A stretch of DNA of 63,440 bases, counting the filler, from Stramenopiles sp. TOSAG23-3 (lineage: Eukaryota), in assembly GCA_900128585.1 (NCBI GenBank). It is 20 parts of 20 records of this genome, joined end to end, with 100 filler letters (N's around TTAATTAATTAA, not from the genome) between each part and the next. Parts side by side here need not be neighbours in the genome. Positions count along the whole stretch, not along the records: positions 19,138 to 22,223 come from LT644426.1; positions 22,324 to 25,407 come from LT644427.1; positions 25,508 to 28,587 come from LT644428.1; positions 28,688 to 31,766 come from LT644429.1; 16 more parts are not named here. One strand, given 5' to 3'. Positions within the stretch are counted from its first letter, which is position 1; every line of letters begins with the position of its first letter. The notes below the pieces were generated by a model, which ran no database searches, was not told the DNA's origin, and saw nothing but the letters and a program-made list of their open reading frames with translations. Below are positions 19,217-29,484 of this stretch, in pieces. The position numbers and the translations under genes were made by a program.

Positions 19217-22144
19217 GCAAGCGGGTCGCGGAAGAGGTGGCAAGCCACGCGCAGCGCATGGGCGTTCGCACCATTTCGACATCCAGCCTGGGCCAGACGC
19301 GGCTCCGGGACAACGCCGACGCTGTGTTTGATAGAGTGGCCGCGGAGACGGTGCGGTCGAACCGAAACTCGAAGCTCGACGACGAGGGCATCCCGCTGTC
19401 GGACGACGACAGCGACGACGAGGGGGGTGCGGGGTCCGCGCACCAAACGCTTCGGAACGAGTTTGGGGAGGAGTACTCCGTGCCCCTCTTGCAAAAGGGC
19501 CTGAAGCTGGCCCCAGAGACCATGACCAAGTTAGAAATCATGTACAACGTCCGGTTTCTCCGGACACGGAAGGCCCGCATCAATATGTTCGCCACGATGA
19601 ATTATTTTCGGTCGGTCCAGCGGCGGCTGACGTTCGACTCCCTCGGGATCGTCTACGAGGACAAGAAGCCGGGGGGGGCGAGCGACTACGGAGCAACCAA
19701 CCCGTCCAATTTTTACGTCAGCCGCTGCAACCGAATGCCTGCCGATATGGTGCACACGGTTGACGAGCTCATGGAGGCAAAAGAAGTAGAACCCCGGGAC
19801 GATATCCCGTCATTGAAGGCCAAGTCGCCCACAGACGTGCCGGTCTGGTGCGTCGAAGACCCGTACGGGGTGGCGGGCGTCGTCTACGACGCGTCGTTGG
19901 CGGACTTCGCAGCCCTGGAGAAGCAGCTGTTGGAGATGGGCAGCCGGCACATCAAACGGGCGGAAGAAGCAAATGCGGAGCATGTGGCAGACCGCGCCCA
20001 AGTTTTGTCGGACCTGTACTAATGGGAGGCCAAGTTTCAGTTTCAGAAGAGTCTTGTCATTGCCGCATACATGAACATATACTCGCACCTGCTGCATCGT
20101 TCCGAGCAGTGCATCGTCCGGGACGAAATCGTTCGCTTGATGTCATGGCACCCCACGTTTGGGAACGACACCAGTTACTTCAGAGCAAATTTTGCCAGGG
20201 AAATAGAGATATTAAAAGAGAAAGAAGCACTGTTCACAAAAATGTTCGCCGACCAAGTCGATCTGGAGAAGGATAACAGCGAGGTCGGCGGGGTAGAAAG
20301 AGCCATACACAGCCTCCCGGGGGGCGTCAGCGTTCACCAGAGCATGGGGAACATTGCGCGACTGATCCCGGACCTGAAGCACTCCTTTTTGCACTTTACG
20401 TCCCCCGTGCCGCAGCAGCTGCGGGACGCATATGCTTGCGACACTGCCCTGCGCATTTTGTACTGGCAGACCGTTCGCAAGCTGTGGGACGACAACAAAG
20501 CCCAGTACAATAGGTTCTCGATGATGTCCAGCAGCCTGTTTGACGCCAACGTTGCGGCAATCTCGTCTTCGCTTATCTCCCCGTCGTGGGCCTCCGTGGA
20601 GCTAGCGTGCAAACAGAACGTCGAGGGAGACGACACCACCATCCTGGTCGACTCCAAGGCCATGAGCCCCCCCGTACAAGTTCTGTACAACGCGATCGAA
20701 GGGGTTCTGCTCCGGGAGGAAATCACAACGAGCTACTTGGAAAGTGAAACATTTCGGGCCTGCTACGAGGCGCAGAGGAAGTTGTACGGCAAGGAGACAG
20801 AATACGAGGACAGCAGGGCGAGAGAGAACGGGTACCGGCAGGCCAAGGAGGCGAATGTGGCGGGGGCAAAGGGCGAAACGAAGCCCGTAGGGTCGCTGGC
20901 GTGCGCAGAATTTGACTACACGCTGAAGCATTTGAACTTTGGCACGAACAGCGGTCTGAAAACGGCGTTTGGTTTGGACGAGGCCGGGCTGCAACGGCTG
21001 CGGATCGCGGCCAAGTGCCAGGAGCTCGAACGGGCGCTGTTCATGGTCGCGGTGCGGCAGAACCAGGTGGCCCTGGACAAACTGCAGAAGATGCAGTCCA
21101 GAAATAACAGCCATACCTTCATTACGGAGTCGGACAAACACAATTTTCGCGTTAAAATCCGGCAAGTAAACGACTACATGCGGTCGCACTTCTTGACGCT
21201 GAATCGACGGAAGAACCGTGTCCGAGAAATGGTCTGGGCGAGTCTCTCGTTGCGCTCGAAACCGCTTCTCCGATCGAAAGCATTCACGACCGAGGAGATC
21301 ACCCAACAGGTGGAGGACATTAAGTTCGGTTTGGTGTCAGACTACTGCGAAAGCATGATGAAAGAGGTCGGCCCAGAAACGCTCCGTTACCAAACGATTG
21401 CTGTCGCAGAAAGCCTCTCCGAAGTCAGTGCGCACATGAAAGCCCATTGTGCGGAAAACTTCGCAGACTCGATATTCTACGACTCCAAGACCCCATGGAC
21501 CATAGGAAAAGATCACGAGAAGCAGTCCGTTGTCTCCATGTTTTCGCGCAACGGAAAGATAGAAAACATATGGTACATACCAAACCGGCAGGAACTGCTC
21601 GAGTTCTGGTCGCAGGATGACGCCATGACCAATTCCGCGCGCCACCGGAGAATGGCAGCGATGGAGAACATTTTCCAGATTCTGCGCGGGCTCCGTGATT
21701 TGTACATACTGATTCAGTGCCGGTGTCTACTGGTAGCCCCGAGCACGCATGCGGGCGTGGACGCAACAGACGTGCTGGTAGACGCCATGAAATACGAATG
21801 GATGAAAATGAAGTTTTCTTTGGAAGGTAAAGGCGACATGTCGAACGACATGTGCGTGAATTCCGTCCTGCAGTTTCGAACGTTTTACTACCTCAAATTC
21901 GTTTCTTCGATGAACGAACTGTACGACCAAACGATTGGCTGCAACGCCCCGGCGCTGATCCCGCGATTGGAGTCGTGGGTCCCAGAGCACCTGGCCGCGC
22001 TTCAGTACTTTACAAAAAGTGCCATAAACCTTCTGAAAGTCCCCCAGCGACGACTCCCGGCAGCCACGAGCCATTTGGATTTTGCGGACGCCCGCCTGTC
22101 GTTCCCGCCCATCATTGAACAAGTCACAGTGGAGCTGGGTTCGA
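19216..22144 (+). pseudogene. CCDC162-like large protein fragment with an in-frame TAA at 20020-20022
   Basis: ORFs 19141-20022 and 20071-22275 share a frame (DLY*WEAKFQFQKSLVIAAYM). Motifs NYFRSVQRRLT, VVYDASLADFAALEKQLL.GS and DRAQVLSDL recall CCDC162-family proteins (from memory). Confidence 0.55.
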
Positions 22145-22223
22145 TGACGAAAGAACACGGGGATGGGCCGTGGCACTGCAGCGGTGGAGGGGCTCGATGG
22201 TTTTGGGAGCATCGCTTCAAGGT
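22145..22223. repeat. 79-bp inverted repeat, right copy at the contig end
   Basis: Exact reverse complement of 19138-19216. Confidence 0.95.
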
Positions 22224-22323
22224 NNNNNNNNNNNNNNNNNNNNNNNNNNNNNNNNNNNNNNNNNNNNTTAATTAATTAANNNNNNNNNNNNNNNNNNNNN
22301 NNNNNNNNNNNNNNNNNNNNNNN

Positions 22324-22449
22324 TTTTTCAGGAGTAACGGGGTCAAAGCCGGCGTCCAAAAAAACACTGTGGGTCGGCAAAGAGTCCCCACTCCCAGTTG
22401 CAAATGCGGACGGGGACGCAGTGGGCAAGGCGTGTCCAATCGAAGCCAT
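22324..22449 (-). CDS. N-terminal fragment of an unknown protein (MASIGHALPTAS...), 3'-partial
   Basis: GC-rich open frame from ATG 22449 to the contig end, following an AT-rich spacer. Confidence 0.45.
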
Positions 22450-23878
22450 CTTCTTCTACCCCAATCTTAAGCGATTGCCCCTAGTGCAATAATACCTTAA
22501 CCCCGTGCGGACAACAACAACGGAATAGAAAGTGTGCTCTACGACTACTACTATTACTATACCAATTGTTACAACGTATATTAAACAGTCTCCGTCCTGC
22601 TCCACTCTCTCTTTTTGATTACTAAACCTTGTTTTAGCTTCATGTTGTTAACTATTATTTCTAAAATTGTCGTTTGTCTGTTTTATTATTATTAAATCAA
22701 TTATTATATTTCATCACACACACATTGGTTCTTTCTAAAATTCAATTTATTATATTTCCTTCTTCTTTTCTCCTCCTCTTCTTCTTCTTCTTTCTTTTTT
22801 CTTTTTAAATTATTATTATTAATAGTTTTTTTTTAAAAGATGATGATGATGCTGTGCTCCCTTTAAATAAAATAAAAAATTAGTGTTTTTTTTGATGGTG
22901 ATGATATATAAAATAAATAAAAAAATCATAGTCGTCGTCTTCTAATATTCTATTTATATAGACTAATAATACGAGGAGCTAGTCGTCTACCGCAGCAGGA
23001 CTACGGTATAATATAAAAAAATTAAAAAATAATAACATGACAATAGAATAGAATTCAAACATTCTTCTTTCCTTCTTCTTTTTTTAAATTATTAAATTTT
23101 TCTTTTTTTTTTTCTTGCTCGCGTTTCGTATCGTACCGTATAATAAATACTCTACAAGTATACGAAAATCCCTATTTATATTAATTAATAAAATATTAAA
23201 AAAGAAAGAAGAAAAGAAAAGAAAAGAAGAGAAAGAAAGAAAGAAAAGAAGAAAGAAAAAAAGCGCGCATTTTTTTTATTTTTTTTTCCCTCCTTCTTTC
23301 TTCCTCCTACTATTTATTAGTTATAATATTTTATAGGTATTTCAAAGAAGGTATAATTAATATGTGAATTATTATAATAAATTATTTACGATATAGACTA
23401 TGACTATTTAATAGTACAAATGTACATTGTCCCTATATATATCACGACAAAAAAAATTACATCTTAAATTATTTATTATTTTTTTTTTATTTTTCTCAGC
23501 GCAGCAGAGAAGAAGAAAAGAAGATGATGAGTTTTTTTAATATAGTTATTGAGAGAGAACGACTAAAAATAATAATATTAGTCTATTATTATATAACAAT
23601 AAATATGTGTGATAGAAAAGATACAACAAATATATAACTAATTAATAATGTGATGTAGTATATATATTTTTATACATGTGTGAAGTCAAAAAAAGATATT
23701 AATGAATTGTGGAAAAGAAAATCTATCCATCGACATTGAAATGATTTATTTTAATCGAATGGAGAAAAGGAGAGATTCCAGGCACACATATCTAGTATAT
23801 ACATACATTAAAAGTTAACATTGGAACCAGTTCTCACGTTTGATTTTACAACCCCGGTGCGTATAGTCTAGTTGTAGC

Positions 23879-25407
23879 ATGAGTGAAGGTAGTGCGGATT
23901 TGAAGGTATCGGCTTCGCAGGGTGCACCCATGGACCTTGACGATCTTATGTTAGAGGAGGAACTGGATCGTTTGAAGCAATCTAACGTTGGTTACAGTGG
24001 GGACAACATTAGCAAGATCATAAAGGACGCCCAGTCCGCCGTGGACAACATGGAGCTGCCCCAGCCGTTCGATATAAGTGGAGGCCCTACGCGAGAAAAC
24101 TTTGAGGAGCTTATGAGGATGAGCAATCACCCTAGTGGGGATGAAGCGTTCGGTGCCCTTACCGAAAGGCTTTCCAGCATGACCAACAAAATGCGGGACG
24201 ATTTGACCAAGATGAAGGAAGAAAATCGGGAGCTGGCGAAATCGCTTACCCTGAATCCTTTGAACGCCCCGGAGCACCAAAAGGGAAGGATCGACATGAA
24301 TTTAGAGCGAAGCAAATTTGTACAATCCTTAGAGAACTACCAGAAACTGTTCGAGAACATCAACGATTCATCCCTCCTGGACGCAAATTTTGATCCTGCA
24401 AGTGCAGGAGAAGAGTACCGCACTCAGGCGGCCGATTTGGTAAAGGCTGCGTATGCACAAATGGGAACTTCAAAAAAGATTTTGCAGGAAACCATCCAAG
24501 GCGCACAGCATCACCTGGACTCAAAGGGTCTGCTGGGCGCGTGGGAGAACCCGGGGCTGTACAAGGAGCGGTTCAAAGAGGTTTCTGAAGCGGAGAGTAA
24601 AAGAATCATGGAGGAGTTCTCGGAGGGCGATAGTTTTGAGAACATCACTGAGAAAGTGAAGGAGATGGCAAGAGCGTTGCCCCTGAAAAGCCAAAAACTT
24701 GTCCAACAGGTAAAGGACTGGGAAGAGAAGTTCAAAAACGACCCGGTTGGGAAGGAAATGGAGGAAAAGTTGAACACTATGGAAAAACAGATGAAAGAGC
24801 TTGACCAGCACTTTCGCCTAGAAGCGGAAAATGCAGAGAAGCTGACGCAGCAGGTGCAGAGCGATGCGGAAACTGCGGAGAAAAAGTTTAAAGAAGAAAT
24901 GGACTCTCAAGCAAGGGAGTTCCAGCAGAAGCTGGAAGACGAATACCAACAGGTTAAACTGAAGATGGAGATGGAGATGGACGAGCACCGAAAGAACTGG
25001 GAAGACCCCAAGCAAATGGAATCTTTGCTTCAACCCTTGTACGAGAAAAAGGTGGACGACTTGGAGAATCGGGTGAAGGGGCTAGAAGCGGAGTGCAATT
25101 TTCTGCGCACTCTCGTCGAAGAACAGAGGAAACAAGGAAGCGGCACGCCATCGTCGTCGAACCCCTCGTCCAAGCCCTCCTTGGCGGTATCGCCCATGAT
25201 GATGAAATCTTACGAAGACTTAATGAAGCGTGTGAAATCCTTGGAACGGAAGAATACGCTGCAGGAACAGAGCGCTTCCCTGTCGAAAAAGGAGGAAATT
25301 GATATTGAAATCGAACAGCACATGAAACTCTCGAAGCACCTTCGGGACATGGCAAACATTCGTATCGATACCCCATTTGGGGAAGGATACCTCATTGACC
25401 GGCGTAA
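23879..25407 (+). CDS. Coiled-coil protein of unknown function (3'-partial)
   Basis: Long E/K/Q/M-rich heptad ORF running into the linker, ending in a TPFGEG beta-hairpin-type motif. Confidence 0.75.
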
Positions 25408-25507
25408 NNNNNNNNNNNNNNNNNNNNNNNNNNNNNNNNNNNNNNNNNNNNTTAATTAATTAANNNNNNNNNNNNNNNNNNNNNNNNNNNNNNNNNNNNN
25501 NNNNNNN

Positions 25508-26296
25508 GAATTTATGAAACGTGCAACGTGCTGTAAAGTATTTGGTTGCCGTGGCCCTTTCTATTTATTGCTCATGCTTGCGGCGGGAGGGTTGCATTTT
25601 ACAATTTTTTACTTTGTTACCCACGATGGCGTTCGACCGTTTGCCAGGATGGACGGAGACTATGCGTGGGTGTTCTTACTGTTCGCGTCTCTGTTTGCTG
25701 TAATGTTTATTCGAGGCATGATGCCCTACTACTGGCGAAAGTTTATTCGCGACACGTATAAAGAGGAGCGAAAACGCCATCAACATCATTCTAAGTCAAA
25801 AAACACTCTTGTCAGGATTTACACTAAATACCAGGACACTTTCGGTTTGAACGGGACGTTCTACCTGTGGACGTTGTACATTTTCGAATTTATAGAGAAC
25901 TACGTGTCCGTGTATAACATGAGGGTCTTGTACTTGTGCTCACTACCACACATTGTATGTATTATCTTTATGGTCGTGTTAATCATGGAGTCCACATACC
26001 GGGCTTACAGTATGGCAGGGTACTTGTGGAAAGGGGTGCGAGTTTCGAAAGGGAAGAGGGACTTGCAAATTGCTATTGACATTCTTGTCGATATGTTATT
26101 TTTGATTTTCCCCTTCGCTGTCTCTTGGTTAATGTATAAAGTATCGTTTTCGATAAGAGAAATCTTGCTAATTGTTCTGATGCCGTCCATTTCATTGTTG
26201 ATCAAACTAGAAGAAATGCTGCAAGAGAATATTGAGGACAATATTGACAAAATTGCTTCTCGTGTCGAAGCAGAAGTTTCTTTCAAGCAACACCGT
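25508..26296 (+). CDS. Multi-pass membrane protein, paralog copy 1 (5'-partial, cut at a junction near 26295)
   Basis: About 6 hydrophobic helices; highly similar to 27939-28503. Confidence 0.7.
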
Positions 26297-26632
26297 TGGT
26301 CCCGTTGGTCCCGTCCATGTTGATTCTTCAGCTTGGGCTTTAGCTTTCTTCTCTTCCACTTCTTGCCTTGCGGCTTCTGTTTCTCTCTGTGCAACTGCAA
26401 GTTTTTTCTGCGCTCGAGCCTGAATCTTTTTTTTCCTGGCTAATTTTGTTATAGCAGCTTTTAACTCTGAGTTCACTGAGTTTGTTGTCCCCGTCGAGTC
26501 CATTGAGTTGTGTGTGTGTGTGTGTGTTGTGGGGTTTGTTGTCCTTACATTGCTCCTGGTCCGAACGTCGACACCCGTTACGTACTGAGCAGACAAGAGC
26601 GCGGCGGCAATCGTTAACAATCCAATCTTCAT
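26293..26632 (-). CDS. N-terminal fragment of a secreted protein (signal peptide, coiled coil, start of a TGPTGPT repeat)
   Basis: Signal peptide MKIGLLTIAAALLSAQYVTG; the frame runs head-on into membrane-protein copy 1. Confidence 0.55.
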
Positions 26633-27770
26633 TTTAATAAAACAGAATACAGAATACAGACAATACAAATTAATTCCAACTAAATCAATATAAACGACAA
26701 TTGGCTATTGAACTTCGAAGTTTTCTTTCCACTTCAATTCTTAACCAATTTCCTGTTGTATCAATCAATATTATAATATTATTGTTTCTTCTTTTCTTTC
26801 TTTCTTTCTTTCTTTATATATAATTAATATATACTATGTCCCTTTTCTGCCTTTCTTCTGTCACTTTCGTTAATTAATCTTTTGTATAAAACCCCCCCCT
26901 TTTCTTTCTTATAAAATACATTTCTGACTTTTCACTTCTTCTTTCCCTCTTTCTTTCTTTCTTCTATAATCCTGTACTTATATATTCTATTACACTATAT
27001 ATAATATATAGCCATATTATTATGAGGCGCCTTCTGTCATTTATATTAATTGTTTTATAGATTTAGACAACAATTATACTCTTCTTTCTTTCTACTTTCT
27101 TTCTTCTTTCTTTCTTTCTTTCTTCATTAATGTTATTGTTATATTGTTATATATAGTCTATCTTATATTATTTATTACTTCTTCCATTCATTTCCTTCAT
27201 TTCCTTCCTTCCTTCCTTCTTTACTTTTATATATCTCTCTCTCTCTGTGCTTCTCTTGTGATTTTAATAGATATAATATAGTGTAATCACAATTATACCC
27301 TTGTTACTTTCTTTCGTCTTGTTTATTTATCATTTTTTCATGTGCTCCTTCATTATAATAATATATAAAATATTAAATACATTTTTCTTATCATTATACT
27401 CAATACTCAATACTATTCAAACCTCTCTTCTTTCTTCTATTATCCATGGCCGAACAACAACATTTATTATTATTTAACCAGTAAGTAGTCAGCAGTACCG
27501 GTAGTCGTCGGGTAGTAATAATAAAAAATGATGATTTAAAAAAAAAAATGAAATTTTATATAGACAACCACACCCCACACCCCAACCCCCCATATACTTT
27601 CTTTCTTTCTTCTTCTTCTTCTGTGAGAAATCATTTATATGATGATGTATATACAACATTTAAATGATACTTTATGCAATTTTAAATATTGAAGGATAAG
27701 ATCATTTCAATTGAAACATTTATTAATTTAATCGAGTGTACCAATTGAAGGTTAGGTTTTGTATGTCGAG

Positions 27771-28587
27771 ATGGAAGAAACGGCGAATCGAATGAATGTT
27801 TTGGAAGTTGAAGGGTCTACGTCCGTGATGCAGAATCCCATGATGGCTTCGGACAATGGGGATGATAGCGATAGTAGTAGTAGCAGTAGTAGTGATGACG
27901 AAGGGAAGGGGCACCATAATCCACTCGATCCAAGCGTTGAGTTTATGAAACGTGCAACGTGCTGTAAAGTATTTGGTTGCCGTGGCACTTTCTATTTATT
28001 GCTCATGCTTGCGGCGGGAGGGTTGCATTTTACAATCTTTTACTTTGTTACCCACAATGGCGTTCGACCGTTTGCAATGGCGCACAGAGACTACGCGTGG
28101 GTGTTCTTACTGTTCGCGTCTCTTTTTGCTCTTCTGTTTATTCGAGGAACCTTGCCTTGTTATTGGCGAAAGTTTGTTCGCCGCGCGTATACAGGCCAGC
28201 GAAGAATGCTTGAGCATCGTTCCAAACCAAAAAACTCATTCGTCAAGATTTACAATAAATACCAGGACACTTTGAGTTTGAACGGGACGTTCTACCTGTG
28301 GCGACTGCACATCTTTGAATTCATGGAGAACTACGTGTCCGTGTATAACATAAAATTTTTGTACTTGTGCTCACTACCACACATTGTATGCATTATCTTT
28401 ATGGTCTTGTTGATCCTGGAGTCCACGTACCGCGCCTACAGTATGGCAGGATACTTGTGGAGAGGGGCGCACGTTTCGAAACGGAAGAGGGACTTGCAAA
28501 TCACTGTCTGTTGCCCGGCACGCTTGGGCCAGATGAGTTACCCCGTGTAGGTGGTATTGCCTTAAGTGGAAATATGCTTCGCAATGG
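27771..28587 (+). pseudogene. Multi-pass membrane protein, paralog copy 2, joined out of frame to an LRR-like segment
   Basis: Matches copy 1 up to RDLQI (~28503). Another frame then reads LLPGTLGPDELPRVGGIALSGNMLRN. Confidence 0.6.
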
Positions 28588-28764
28588 NNNNNNNNNNNNN
28601 NNNNNNNNNNNNNNNNNNNNNNNNNNNNNNNTTAATTAATTAANNNNNNNNNNNNNNNNNNNNNNNNNNNNNNNNNNNNNNNNNNNNTATTTAAGTAGAT
28701 TTATCTACACAAGGCTTATAACCGACATCAGTATTTTTTATAACCTCTATTGGCAATCGTAAAG

Positions 28765-29343
28765 ATGTCTGGTGGCCATACGGAATTACACTACGGCTTT
28801 TTTGGGTTGACGGCTTTGGGAGCAGCCAGTTCCTTCAAGTTCACGTCCGTTGAACTAATGGACCCGACCCAGTTTACCGACCAAGAATGGATGGAAGCGT
28901 TTGCTCGATTTGACAACGGTGGGTCAGGCATAATGAAAGTAGATGATTTAGGGAAATTGCTGAAGAATTTATACCACGGTCCACCCCCTGAGGATTTGGA
29001 GGCATCGTTCAGGGCAAAGCTGTCCACTGACGCGACGCAAGTTGGCCGCGAGGAGTTCCTTGCCGTCGTCCAGGCGATCAAAAGAGAGGTTACGACCTTA
29101 CGAGAAGGACAAAACTTAGGAGCAGAATACACTTCCGCGGCAGAATTCCAAGAGAGAATGCGCGCGAATAAATTGCTGAAAGCACTCCCAACCGAGTGCT
29201 TCCACGAACCTATGACTACGTCCATGGGCTTGGGGTGGGAGAAAGTCGACTACGAACAAATTCTCGATGGCATCAACCCGAAGTTGAGTTGCGCAGAAAC
29301 GAAATATGCGGACGCAATGGTGAAAGCCGGTGTATATTATTAA
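28765..29343 (+). CDS. Small EF-hand protein, FAP85/RIB22/TEX49-like ciliary microtubule inner protein
   Basis: N-terminal FFGLTALG, EF loop DNGGSGIMKVDD and C-terminal PMTTSMGLGW...CAETKYADAM. Confidence 0.55.
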   Translation: MSGGHTELHYGFFGLTALGAASSFKFTSVELMDPTQFTDQEWMEAFARFDNGGSGIMKVDDLGKLLKNLYHGPPPEDLEASFRAKLSTDATQVGREEFLAVVQAIKREVTTLREGQNLGAEYTSAAEFQERMRANKLLKALPTECFHEPMTTSMGLGWEKVDYEQILDGINPKLSCAETKYADAMVKAGVYY

Positions 29344-29484
29344 AATTGTGGTCTTAAGGAGAGCGAGCTTGTCCTTTTTTGCCTAAAATTAAATATTAAA
29401 AATTTATAAATATCTTGTAAAGTGTTTAGAATTCTTACGTCGTACGACTTTCAACTAATCTCGTAACGTTCACAACAACCAGAG

